From Rikenellaceae bacterium (GTDB lineage: Bacteria > Bacteroidota > Bacteroidia > Bacteroidales > Rikenellaceae): 64,000 nucleotides of DNA. A model generated the notes under the pieces. The model was given only the letters and a program-made list of their open reading frames with translations, made no database searches and was not told the origin of the DNA. This document shows, piece after piece, positions 31,501 through 40,499 of this stretch; the stretch's first letter is position 1; every line of letters starts with the position of its first letter. The DNA lies in assembly GCA_044433965.1 (NCBI GenBank), contig JAWXTF010000001.1, forward strand, positions 23,912 to 87,911, read 5' to 3'. Both the position numbers and the translations under genes were made by a program.

Positions 31501-32100
31501 ACAAATAACATAGTAGTTCTCAATCTCTTCGACTGGGGTAACTATAGCATTTGCTCCCACCGATGTGATATCTACAATCTCAACCTGGAATGCATCTGCA
31601 AGAATCTCTGGAGCCGGTTCAACATCGGTTGTTACATTAACATGGTTAACACCCGACATCAAGCTACCCTCTGCATCTACCGCAAAAGCCGCTACAACAT
31701 ACTCCGTGTCGTATGCCAACTCCCAAGCTGACGCCAAGTCAACGGTAGAACCACTGCTAAATACATAGGTGTTATCAGCCTTAGCAAAATCAACATCTTT
31801 AGACTCTAAATCCTCAATGATGAATGTAGCCAACTTCAATGAGTCGCTGCTAAGTGATGAAGCATATGCCGATTGCTCAGCAACACCAACAACATAATTG
31901 TCGATATCGACACCGCTATTGATAGAGATCTTAACTTTAAGATCTTCGATTGTTGAACCCTCAATCGCCAATGAAAGTGGGTTTGCTGGGATTACGACAT
32001 TAGGTTCGTCAACATCATTGTCGGTCTTTTCGCAAGAGACAAATGAGAGACTCATCATAAGAGTCGCCAAAAGTAATGAAAAGTAGAGTTTCAATTTCAT
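28567..32100 (-). CDS. 1177-aa lipoprotein built from nine ~125-aa FN3-like repeats
   Basis: Lipobox FVSC followed by EKTDND; the repeated pattern (F/L)T..L..IT...A.V.(V/I)TP....YYY...I....T.Y.F.V.G...G...FTT. Confidence 0.85.
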   Translation of the reverse strand: MKLKLYFSLLLATLMMSLSFVSCEKTDNDVDEPNVVIPANPLSLAIEGSTIEDLKVKISINSGVDIDNYVVGVAEQSAYASSLSSDSLKLATFIIEDLESKDVDFAKADNTYVFSSGSTVDLASAWELAYDTEYVVAAFAVDAEGSLMSGVNHVNVTTDVEPAPEILADAFQVEIVDITSVGANAIVTPVEEIENYYVICQPYSLMDEYSDGDPSAFYELVLESAKMAMTDFSEPNGYSIFTGTKTIDVTACYGDDLDSNTQYIFAVAAVDANGGILSEVSFVDFTTEVAVEKIENAFTFEITDNSIPDVKFTITPSEEVPYYIASAILKSTLDSGYEGSVSNWLTAYADQYLGMANVAELIDYEIAQKSAWSTSLMNTAGSASENTEYVIAAIGVDANNNYITYVESYSLTTPTTVVEPEIIEDAFSFETLSSTESEISVKVTPLESVPYYFMSAISTKALATGYGADASYYINNIASTALAGSTDMEALVEAGSLYKGELSVNLSSLAGTLYSDTEYILVTLGVDQSGEVITTASSYKEYTAAPLPSDAFAIELTDLSSTGATINVTPDSVVGNYYVVCQTYETMVNFADGDAATLFNMLIANDLMMGTTDFAEPNNITLYSGSKSIDPTLCLGSELTAATAYVFIVAGVDATGALTTEVESLNFTSKDENNQDVDPFTITLGEVTSSDATVTITPANGIPYYYATAIPTATLDQYYEGNVVAYAEENAKYYLSINDIPTLISKNTLHSGAKSLNFTDLCGALTPETEYQFAVVGVSASGDLQGTMSLNVTTISDAVVDPSDATITLTLGEITKTDAGVTVTPSADVPYYYVNAISSEFLESNYEGSMTKFLNEGISYFLSMGAGMDTLLDYGMIENSEKEFRVKDYFGQLSPDTKYQFGAMGLNAEGEMICIESIEFTTEADEVVVPEPTVTLTLGEITTSDATVTVTPSADVPYYYAHAISTEYLEKDYAGDFAAYLNSGVSYLLSYGMGLDVLAQYDMVSYGEKEFHVKDFFGQLSSGTEYQFGVMGLNAEGEMLCVEKVVFTTAADVVEPDAAPFTLTVSDITSSDATITVAPADDVLYYYAYTIPDSWLNSLYNGDILAGLQDELVPYAGATASQLLPSGRIYAGEKVFSAGASLGQLSANTKYHFAIIALNEAMEQLEYMSVEFTTLEN

Positions 32101-32447
32101 AAATCTAAAAATGTTTTTGTTGGAACAGTGAATTATGGTGCAATTTATGATATTTTTTTAAAATTTCAAAATCAATAAGCGCCAACAGGAGCCTCTAAGA
32201 GGTGGAATATAAGCTATTTTACAACTAATATATAAGATCTTAAAGATGTGATTTTTGCGAAGTGTAAGCGAATCGATTGGTTAAAATGCAAGATTAAAAC
32301 TATTAATAGTGTAAATTTGAAAATTTGTAACTTAAGACAGCAGCATCTAAAGAAATTTGTAATTTCTCGAAAAAATGTACCTAAGTATTGGTATTGATAT
32401 ATAAAATTGATACTTTTGCCACTAAATCACTATTTAAAACTATTCAC

Positions 32448-32816
32448 ATGAAAAAATTACTTTTATTAACCATCCCTCTATTCACCCTCCTTTTTGCATC
32501 ATGCGAGAAGTCTGATGACAATGCAGCCGAGAGCACAGAATTTACACTCTCAATTACCCCCTCAAAGGCTAAAGTGGGCGAGGTAGTAACACTCAAAATC
32601 AGTGGCGAAGGCGCCGAAGAGAAACAATGGTCCGTCTGCTACGACTACGAAGGAGGTGGCGGTAGCTGCCTTATATTTGCTCCAGGTAACGCAACCCAAG
32701 ACCTTACCCTTAGCGAAACTATATTTATCGCCGGCGAATATGATTTCCACGCTAAATATACCAACGAGGGCGAAGAGATCGAAATTAATCATGTTACACT
32801 TACTGTGACTGAGTAA
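32448..32816 (+). CDS. Small single-domain lipoprotein (Ig-like)
   Basis: MKKLLLLTIPLFTLLFASCEKSDD lipoprotein signal from the ATG at 32448; TACTTTTG box at 32411-32418. Confidence 0.8.
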   Translation: MKKLLLLTIPLFTLLFASCEKSDDNAAESTEFTLSITPSKAKVGEVVTLKISGEGAEEKQWSVCYDYEGGGGSCLIFAPGNATQDLTLSETIFIAGEYDFHAKYTNEGEEIEINHVTLTVTE

Positions 32817-32820
32817 AATC

Positions 32821-33270
32821 TTCGGTTCGGTTCGGTTGCTTTCTGCGCGCTTCGGTTCGGTTGCTTTCTGTGCGCTTCTTACTGCCTCCGGCGGGCGGGG
32901 ATAGCACCCCCGCGGGTGCATACCTTTCTTGCGCTTTGGGCTTAGAGATTGCATCTCTAAGATAATAAAGACCAAAGAGTTGACGCAAATAAATTTGCAC
33001 AACTCCTTGGTCTTTATTATTCTTTAAATGCCTACGGCATTTAAACCTAAATCGAGGTGAACCTCACAGATGTGGTGGTGGCAACCAAAGGTTGACACAG
33101 AGATCTCTATTCTGAGGAGCGTTGAAAGTTCACTTTCAAAAGCCCCTCAGAGTAGATATCTCGCCGGGGGGCAAAGCCCCCACCACATCAGTGCAATACA
33201 AAAATCAAAAACGAAGTTTTTGGATCCAAGCTTAGCTTGGTGCCGCGCGGCATGAGCGCGATAAGCAAGC
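32821..33270 (+). repeat. Modular palindromic repeat family, copy 5 (most complete single unit)
   Basis: It has the full module order from ctgcctccggcggg to ggatccaagcttagcttggtgccgcgcggcatgagcgc and lies between convergent genes. Confidence 0.95.
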
Positions 33271-33296
33271 GGCAACCAAGGCATCAAAGCCCTCCT

Positions 33297-34541
33297 TTAA
33301 TGTTGAAGCTTCACCTCCTCATCAGGGTTATGTTTATACTTAAAGACCAATACAAATACAACTGCCATCACCAAAGCAAAGGCAGCAAAGATATACCACG
33401 AAAGAGGTGACTGCATGCCATCGACTGTTAAGGTGCTATTAACGACCCACTGAGCCGCATATGAGCCCACGATGGCACCAATACCGTTTGTCATAATCAT
33501 AAATACACCCTGTGCACTTGAGCGAATCTCGGGCGATGTCTCGCGATTAACGAAGAGTGATCCAGAGATATTGAAGAAGTCAAATGCTACACCATATACT
33601 ATCATCGAGATAAAGAACATCCACACTCCAGCTCCGGGGTTACCCGCTCCAAGAAGTGCGAAGCGCAACATCCATGCGACCATCGAGATCAACATAACAT
33701 TCTTAATACCAAATCGTTTGAGGAAGAAAGGAATTAAGAGGATGCAGAGCGTCTCCGAGACCTGCGAAAGGGAGATCAATATTGTTGAATGTTTGGTGAA
33801 GAATGCATCTTTGTACTCAGCAAGGCTACTAAAGCTATGTATATAGCTATCTCCAAATGCGTTGGTGATCTGTAGCATCATTCCAAGCATCATTGAGAAA
33901 ATAAAGAATAGTGCCATGCGACGCTCCTTGAAGAGTGAGAATGCGCGCAGACCCAAGTTATCGACAAAGGTTCGTTTGTCGCCTCCCTTAACGATATCGC
34001 AGTTGGGAAGTGTAAAGGCGTATAGACCCAACACAACTCCTATAGCTGCCGAAAAGTAGAGCTGAGAGGCGTTGTGTCCAAATCCCAAGAGATCGACGCA
34101 CCACATAGAGGCGATAAAGCCGACTGTACCCCACACGCGGATTGGTGGAAAAGCCTTTACTGTGTCGAGCTTCGCCTTCTCCAGAGCGTTGTAAGCTACC
34201 GAGTTCGAGAGGGCTATAGTTGGCATGTAGAACATCACACTCATCAACACGGCGGTGTAGAGAGGCGCATACTCAGTTTGCGATGCTGCCACAACCATAA
34301 ATGCAGCTGCCACAAGGTGGCAGATACCCAATAACTTTTGTGCAGGCACCCAGCGGTCTGCAATGATACCCATTATAGCAGGCATAAAGAGTGAGCCCAA
34401 GCCCATAGTAGCATAGAAGCTACCAATTTTACTACCAAGTTGTAACTCTCCGCCAAGATACTTTCCGAGCGTAATTAGCCATGCACCCCACACTGCAAAT
34501 TGGAGGAAGTTCATCACCGTGAGTCTGATTTTCATATTCAT
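33297..34541 (-). CDS. MFS nucleoside:H+ symporter (NupG/XapB family)
   Basis: Motifs MNFLQFAVWGAW, FPPIRVWGTVGFI, SQVSE and FDFFNISGSLFV. Confidence 0.9.
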   Translation of the reverse strand: MNMKIRLTVMNFLQFAVWGAWLITLGKYLGGELQLGSKIGSFYATMGLGSLFMPAIMGIIADRWVPAQKLLGICHLVAAAFMVVAASQTEYAPLYTAVLMSVMFYMPTIALSNSVAYNALEKAKLDTVKAFPPIRVWGTVGFIASMWCVDLLGFGHNASQLYFSAAIGVVLGLYAFTLPNCDIVKGGDKRTFVDNLGLRAFSLFKERRMALFFIFSMMLGMMLQITNAFGDSYIHSFSSLAEYKDAFFTKHSTILISLSQVSETLCILLIPFFLKRFGIKNVMLISMVAWMLRFALLGAGNPGAGVWMFFISMIVYGVAFDFFNISGSLFVNRETSPEIRSSAQGVFMIMTNGIGAIVGSYAAQWVVNSTLTVDGMQSPLSWYIFAAFALVMAVVFVLVFKYKHNPDEEVKLQH

Positions 34542-34659
34542 ACTATCTAAGTTTTAAAGTTGTTTTTTACGCATTAGAGAACAAAAATAGTAATTTTTTC
34601 TCGACAATTTTGCTTTATTTCATTTTTTTACTACTTTTGCACCATTAAGAGGCGATTAT

Positions 34660-34730
34660 TGAGCTATGGTGTAATGGTAACACTACAGATTCTGGTTCTG
34701 TCTTTCTGGGTTCGAGTCCTAGTAGCTCAA
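34660..34730 (+). tRNA. tRNA-Gln(CTG)
   Basis: Acceptor TGAGCTA/TAGCTCA, D-arm GTGT AATGGT AACAC, anticodon arm ACAGA-TTCTGGT-TCTGT, T-arm CTGGG-TTCGAGT-CCTAG. CCA is not encoded. TACTTTTG promoter box at 34632-34639. Confidence 0.96.
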
Positions 34731-34733
34731 CAC

Positions 34734-34770
34734 AAAACACCCCACTCCATTGTGAGTGGGGTGTTTTTTT
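34734..34770 (+). terminator. Intrinsic terminator after the tRNA
   Basis: 14-bp stem aaaacaccccactc / gagtggggtgtttt followed by Ts. Confidence 0.85.
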
Positions 34771-34984
34771 TGCGTTTGTTGGCAAGATACTCCTCTGATT
34801 ACCCCAAAAAGATTAATGGAGTTAGCGTAAAAAAGTATATTTTCATATACTCTCTAATTTACTACCTAATGGCGGTTAGTCGAGCATGTTAAGATTTAGT
34901 TAGCGTATATTTGTATAAAACTTTGGTAGTATAGTTTTATTAGTGTAATTTTACGATACCAACCTAATAAAATTTCTTTCGTAG

Positions 34985-35719
34985 ATGATAGTTCAAACTT
35001 CACATTCGCTTTCGGTCGATTGCGTGGTATTTGGCTTCAATGGTCAAAGCCTTAAGGTGCTACTTGTCGAGCGCCGCTACAAGGCAGTTATGCCCGAGCG
35101 CCCCAAGGAGTATAAGTTGCCAGGAAGTATGATCCTTGAGGCTGAGGCGTTGCCCGATGCTGCTGGTAGGGTACTCTCGGAGATGACAGGACTTTGCGAT
35201 GTATTTCTCAAACAGACTACGATATTTTCGGACCCTCAGCGCGTTGCGGGGGAGGAGTTGCGATGGATCAATGAGTACCATGGCATCGATACTAATCGCG
35301 TGGTTACGGTTGGATACTATGCTTTGGTGAAACTTGACCGCCAGACGGTTGCCCACACCACCGCTGTAGGTGCCCATTGGGCTTCTATCGAGAGTGTGAA
35401 ACATCTTGCAATGGATCACAAGGTGATTTTGGCTGATGCTCTTTCGATTTTGTGTGAGCAAGTCGCCTCTTCGCCAATTGCCTTTGAACTTCTACCTCGC
35501 AAATTTACTATTCGCCAGCTTCAAACTCTCTACGAGGCTATCTTGGGTGTCGATATCGACAACCGCAACTTTAGAAAAAAGCTATTGGAATCGGGTTATT
35601 TGACCCCAACAGGTGAGCGCGAGAAGGGCGTTGCACATAAACCTGCCGAGTTCTACACATTCAATATGGCAGCATACAAAAAGAGCAAAAGTGGTAAATT
35701 CAAATTAAGATTTATATAA
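34985..35719 (+). CDS. xylR: NrtR-family (Nudix + wHTH) xylose regulator
   Basis: Motifs SVDCVVFGF, LPGS, FTIRQLQTLYEAILG and DNRNFRKK. It heads the xylBAE cluster, as known for Bacteroides XylR. Confidence 0.8.
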   Translation: MIVQTSHSLSVDCVVFGFNGQSLKVLLVERRYKAVMPERPKEYKLPGSMILEAEALPDAAGRVLSEMTGLCDVFLKQTTIFSDPQRVAGEELRWINEYHGIDTNRVVTVGYYALVKLDRQTVAHTTAVGAHWASIESVKHLAMDHKVILADALSILCEQVASSPIAFELLPRKFTIRQLQTLYEAILGVDIDNRNFRKKLLESGYLTPTGEREKGVAHKPAEFYTFNMAAYKKSKSGKFKLRFI

Positions 35720-35722
35720 TAT

Positions 35723-37201
35723 ATGTATAGTTTAGGTATTGACGTAGGTTCGTCATCGGTAAAAGTATCTTTGATGGAGATCTCCTCGGGAGAGTGTGTT
35801 GCATCGGCAACCAACCCCGCGAGCGAAATGGCTATCGAATCGTTGCAGAGTGGTTGGGCAGAGCAGGAGCCCGATATGTGGTGGGATTATGTCTCGCAAG
35901 GAATCGAGCAGGTGGGGCGCGACTACCCCTTGAGCGAGGTTCGCTCAATAGGTATCACCTACCAGATGCATGGTTTGGTGGTGGTCGACGCCAAAGGGCA
36001 ACCACTTCGCAAAGCTATTATATGGTGCGACTCACGCGCAGTGGAGATTGGTGCCGAGGCATTCGAGTCTCTTGGTGAGGAGCGCTGCTTGGAACACTTA
36101 ATGAACTCTCCAGGTAACTTTACCGCCTCGAAATTGGCATGGGTGAAGCGCAATGAGCCAGAGATTTTTGCCAAAATCGACAAATTTATGTTGCCAGGTG
36201 ACTATATCGCCTACAAACTCTCGGGCGAGATCTCGACCACCGAGAGTGGTCTCTCGGAAGGTATCTTGTGGGACTTCAAGGAGAATAAACGTGCCGACTT
36301 CGTGGCGGAGCACTATGGTATTGAGACTGATAAATTCGCACAGGCAGGTCTCTCGATAGGCATAGGTGCACGAACCAATAGCGCAACGCACGCACAATTC
36401 GGAATCGAGGAGGGCACTCCAATCTCGTATCGTGCAGGCGATCAACCCAACAACGCCTTCTCGCTCAATGTGATGGAGGCAGGCGAGATTGCCGCTACGG
36501 GAGGTACAAGTGGCGTGGTATATGGAGTGATAGACACCCCAAAGGCTGACCCCAAATCGCGCGTAAATCCATTCTTGCATGTTAGCCATACTGCCGCGGC
36601 ACCTCGCTACGGAGTGTTGCTATGTATCAATGGCACAGGTATTCTCAATGCTTGGATGCGTCGCAATGTAGCTTCGGAGCTCGACTACCCTCAGATCAAT
36701 GAACTCGCCCAGAGTGTTGCCGCAGGTAGCGATGGCGTAGTGGTTTTGCCATTTGGCAATGGTGCCGAACGAGTGTTGGAGAATGCCTACACAAGGTGCG
36801 TTGTTGAGGGTATCGACTTCAATAACCACTCTGTAGCCCACCTCCTTCGTGCTTCGCAAGAGGGTATCGCCTTCTCGTTTCGTTATGGAATCGACATCAT
36901 GCGTCAAATGGGTCTCAACCCCTCGGTGATCCGTGCGGGCAAGGCGAATTTGTTCCTTAGTCCTCTCTTCCGTCAGACCCTCGCCACTATTTGCGATTCA
37001 CAGATCGAGCTCTACAATACCGACGGAGCATTGGGTGCAGCACGTGGAGCGGCACTTGGCGCAGGCTTCTATGCGAGTCGCGAGGAGGCATTCGCGTCGC
37101 TCAAGAAGTTGGAGACAATCGAGCCAAACGCAGCAGATCGCGCAGCTCTCGACACAGCATACGAGGCTTGGAAGAGAGCTTTAGAGTCAAAATTACAATA
37201 A
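35723..37201 (+). CDS. xylB: Xylulokinase (FGGY family)
   Basis: Motifs LGIDVGSSS, IIWCDSR, GNFTASKL and GDQPNNA. Confidence 0.92.
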   Translation: MYSLGIDVGSSSVKVSLMEISSGECVASATNPASEMAIESLQSGWAEQEPDMWWDYVSQGIEQVGRDYPLSEVRSIGITYQMHGLVVVDAKGQPLRKAIIWCDSRAVEIGAEAFESLGEERCLEHLMNSPGNFTASKLAWVKRNEPEIFAKIDKFMLPGDYIAYKLSGEISTTESGLSEGILWDFKENKRADFVAEHYGIETDKFAQAGLSIGIGARTNSATHAQFGIEEGTPISYRAGDQPNNAFSLNVMEAGEIAATGGTSGVVYGVIDTPKADPKSRVNPFLHVSHTAAAPRYGVLLCINGTGILNAWMRRNVASELDYPQINELAQSVAAGSDGVVVLPFGNGAERVLENAYTRCVVEGIDFNNHSVAHLLRASQEGIAFSFRYGIDIMRQMGLNPSVIRAGKANLFLSPLFRQTLATICDSQIELYNTDGALGAARGAALGAGFYASREEAFASLKKLETIEPNAADRAALDTAYEAWKRALESKLQ

Positions 37202-37239
37202 TTTAATTTATATAAAATAAACTTTAAAACAAAAAAATT

Positions 37240-38556
37240 ATGGCACAAAGAGAGTATTTCCCACAGGTAGGAAAGATCGCATTCGAAGGTAAAGAGTCTA
37301 AAAATCCATTGGCATATCGCTACTACGATGCCGAGAAGGTAGTATATGGTCGCAAGATGAAGGATTGGTTCCGCTTCTCAATGGCATGGTGGCACACGCT
37401 ATGCGCTGATGGAGCTGACCAGTTTGGTGGTGGCACTCAAATTCACCCTTGGATCGAGGGCTCAACAGCACTCGAAGTGGCTAAAAATAAGATGGATGCA
37501 GGTTTCGAGTTTATGCAGAAGATGGGCATCGAGTATTACTGTTTCCACGATGTCGACCTTATCGCAGAGGGCGACTCAGCTGAGGAGTATGAGGCAAACC
37601 TCAAGGCAATTGTAGCCTATGCAAAAGAGAAACAAGCTGAGACAGGTATCAAACTATTGTGGGGTACAGCCAACGTATTTAGCCACGCACGCTATATGAA
37701 TGGCGCATCGACCAACCCTGATTTCGATGCAGCGGCTCGTGCAATGTTGCAGATCAAAAATGCAATCGACGCAACTATCGAGCTTGGTGGCGAGAACTAC
37801 GTATTCTGGGGTGGCCGCGAGGGCTATATGAGCCTCTTGAACACCGACATGAAGCGCGAGAAACAGCACATGGCAACAATGCTTGGCATGGCGCGCGACT
37901 ACGCTCGCTCAAAGGGTTTCACTGGAAACTTCCTTATTGAGCCAAAGCCAATGGAACCAACTAAACATCAGTATGATGCAGATACAGAGACTGTTATTGG
38001 CTTCCTTAAGGCTAATGGCTTAGACAAGGATTTCAAAGTAAATATCGAGGTCAACCACGCAACCCTCGCCGGTCACACCTTTGAGCACGAGTTGCAGTGT
38101 GCAGTCGATGCAGGCATGTTGGGCTCTATCGATGCTAACCGTGGCGATGCTCAAAATGGTTGGGATACCGACCAATTCCCTAACGATATTTCCGAGGCGG
38201 TTCGCGCGATGATGGTTATACTTCGTGGTGGTGGTCTCCAGGGTGGTGGCACCAACTTCGATGCTAAGATCCGTCGCAACTCTACCGACCTTGAGGATCT
38301 CTTCATAGCTCACATTGGCGGTATGGATATCTTCGCTCGCGCATTGGAGATTGCAGCCGATATGTTGGAGAACTCTCCTTATGAGTCGATGATCGAGGAG
38401 CGTTACTCATCATACGATGCTGGCGCAGGTGCCGACTTCGAGGCGGGTAAGATGACCTTGGAGCAGGTTGCTGAGTATGCACGCACGGCGGGTGAGCCAA
38501 AGCAGATCAGTGGCAAACAGGAGCTCTATGAAGCGATAGTCAACATGTATATTTAA
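37240..38556 (+). CDS. xylA: Xylose isomerase (class II)
   Basis: Motifs [31 protein letters not shown] and GWDTDQFP. Confidence 0.98.
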   Translation: MAQREYFPQVGKIAFEGKESKNPLAYRYYDAEKVVYGRKMKDWFRFSMAWWHTLCADGADQFGGGTQIHPWIEGSTALEVAKNKMDAGFEFMQKMGIEYYCFHDVDLIAEGDSAEEYEANLKAIVAYAKEKQAETGIKLLWGTANVFSHARYMNGASTNPDFDAAARAMLQIKNAIDATIELGGENYVFWGGREGYMSLLNTDMKREKQHMATMLGMARDYARSKGFTGNFLIEPKPMEPTKHQYDADTETVIGFLKANGLDKDFKVNIEVNHATLAGHTFEHELQCAVDAGMLGSIDANRGDAQNGWDTDQFPNDISEAVRAMMVILRGGGLQGGGTNFDAKIRRNSTDLEDLFIAHIGGMDIFARALEIAADMLENSPYESMIEERYSSYDAGAGADFEAGKMTLEQVAEYARTAGEPKQISGKQELYEAIVNMYI

Positions 38557-38563
38557 TTAATTC

Positions 38564-38681
38564 GTGCGACTTACAAGGCGACTTTTGGCACTTCTCTCCG
38601 CTTTTTAATCCTCATGCACTAATAGTGCACTGCGGTTAAAAATACTCACGAAGCCCAAAAATTCATCCTTGTAAGTCACAC
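38564..38681. repeat. 118-bp imperfect inverted-repeat element between xylA and xylE
   Basis: Ends gtgcgacttacaagg / ccttgtaagtcacac; inner pairs ttttgg..cttc / gaag..ccaaaa and tttttaatcc / ggttaaaaa; central tgcac-taata-gtgca. Confidence 0.8.
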
Positions 38682-38732
38682 TCTCTTTGGGATGAACCCC
38701 CAATCATTATAACCAACCAAACCAATGAACTA

Positions 38733-40166
38733 ATGAACAATAATCAAAACGGTAGTAAGCTCTACCTATTTGGAATAACGATGGTGGCGATCCTCGGAGG
38801 TCTACTATTCGGTTACGATACGGCTGTAATATCGGGTGCTGAGGGCGCTATGCAGCAATTCTTTAGGCAGGCTACAGACTTCGACTATACCAGCGCGCTA
38901 CACGGAATGACCTCTTCGAGTGCACTTATAGGTTGTGTCGTCGGAGGTGCCATCTCAGGTCTACTCGCAGGTCGCTTTGGTCGTCGCAACTCGCTGATGA
39001 TTGCCTCGGTACTCTTCTTTTTGTCTGCTTTAGGCTCATACAATCCTGAATTTCTACTCTTCGAGAAGGGTACACCTACCTTTGGACTCTTTGTAGCCTT
39101 TAACATCTATCGCGTCATAGGTGGCGTTGGAGTGGGTCTCGCTTCGGCAATCTGCCCTATGTATATCGCTGAGTTGGCTCCCGCCTCAATCCGTGGAACG
39201 CTCGTCTCATGTAACCAATTTGCTATTATCTTTGGTATGCTTGTGGTCTACTTCGTCAACTATATGATTAAAGGGGCACTACCCAATCCCGAGATTATGT
39301 TTGGTGATACTTCTATCACCCAGGCGATGGTCGATACAGGTTGGCGACGTATGTTCCTCAGTGAGTCGATCCCTGCGGCACTCTTCGGTTTGCTGCTCCT
39401 CGCTGTACCCAAAACACCTCGCTACCTAATGATGATTGGACAGGAGAGCAAAGCCTTCAAGGTTTTGGAGCGAATAAATGGAAATGCAGAGGCTAAGAGC
39501 ATTATCGAGGATATCCGACAAACAACGACAGAGAAGCAACAACCTCTACTCACCTTTGGAGTTGCTGTTATTGCCATTGGTGTATTGCTCTCGATATTCC
39601 AACAAGCAGTGGGTATCAACGTGGTGTTGTACTACGCCCCTCGCATCTTCGAAAGTATGGGTGCATCGGGCGACACAGCTATGATTCAGACAGTTGTGAT
39701 GGGTGTTGTGAATATTGCCTTCACTGCCGTAGCGATCTTCACAGTCGATAAGTGGGGTCGTAAACCTCTTCTCATTGTAGGATCATTAGGCATGATGCTC
39801 GGCATGATTGCCCTCGGCACGCTCTCGTTTATGGGTAGCATTGGCGTGGCAGCACTCATCTCAATTATCATCTACACAGCATCATTTATGATGTCGTGGG
39901 GGCCAATCTGTTGGGTCTTGATCTCTGAGATCTTCCCCAATACTATTCGTGGCAAAGCGGTAGCAATAGCCGTAGCAGCACAGTGGATCGCCAACTACAC
40001 CGTATCGTCGACATTTATCTCACTCTCGGAGTGGAGCATCGGCGGAACATACCTCATCTATGCCGCCTTCGGATTGATGTCGGTCATCTTCGTCTGGAAG
40101 TTCGTCCCCGAAACCAAAGGCAAGAGCCTTGAGGATATGACCCGCTTGTGGTCAGATAGAAAATAA
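38733..40166 (+). CDS. xylE: D-xylose:H+ symporter (sugar porter family)
   Basis: Motifs GGLLFGYDTAVISGA, GRRNSL, PMYIAE, QQAVGINVVLYY and SWGPICWVLISEIFP. Confidence 0.95.
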   Translation: MNNNQNGSKLYLFGITMVAILGGLLFGYDTAVISGAEGAMQQFFRQATDFDYTSALHGMTSSSALIGCVVGGAISGLLAGRFGRRNSLMIASVLFFLSALGSYNPEFLLFEKGTPTFGLFVAFNIYRVIGGVGVGLASAICPMYIAELAPASIRGTLVSCNQFAIIFGMLVVYFVNYMIKGALPNPEIMFGDTSITQAMVDTGWRRMFLSESIPAALFGLLLLAVPKTPRYLMMIGQESKAFKVLERINGNAEAKSIIEDIRQTTTEKQQPLLTFGVAVIAIGVLLSIFQQAVGINVVLYYAPRIFESMGASGDTAMIQTVVMGVVNIAFTAVAIFTVDKWGRKPLLIVGSLGMMLGMIALGTLSFMGSIGVAALISIIIYTASFMMSWGPICWVLISEIFPNTIRGKAVAIAVAAQWIANYTVSSTFISLSEWSIGGTYLIYAAFGLMSVIFVWKFVPETKGKSLEDMTRLWSDRK

Positions 40167-40168
40167 CC

Positions 40169-40447
40169 TGCTCATTGCGCTTGCTTTTTTGATGCTTGCT
40201 CTTGCTTGCTCATGCCTGCTCATTGCGCTCGTGCCGCGCGGCACCAAGCAAGCTTGGATCCAAAAACTTCGTTTTTGACTTTATTTTTGTTGCACTGATG
40301 TGGTGGGGCTTTGCCCCTTTACAAGAGATCTATTCTGAAGAGCTTTTGAAAGTGAACTTTCAACGCTCACCAGAATAGATCTCTTGCGTGTCAACCTTCG
40401 GTTGCCACCACCACATCAGCGAGGTTCACATCTCTTACACCCCCAAC
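40169..40447 (-). repeat. Modular palindromic repeat family, copy 6 (right half, reverse orientation)
   Basis: It starts 3 bp after the xylE stop and shares the extra module gtgtaagagatgtgaacctc with copy 9. Confidence 0.95.
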
Positions 40448-40499
40448 CTCCACTACCAACCTCCTCCCAGAAAGTCCCAGAAAGTCCCAGTCAGTCTCA

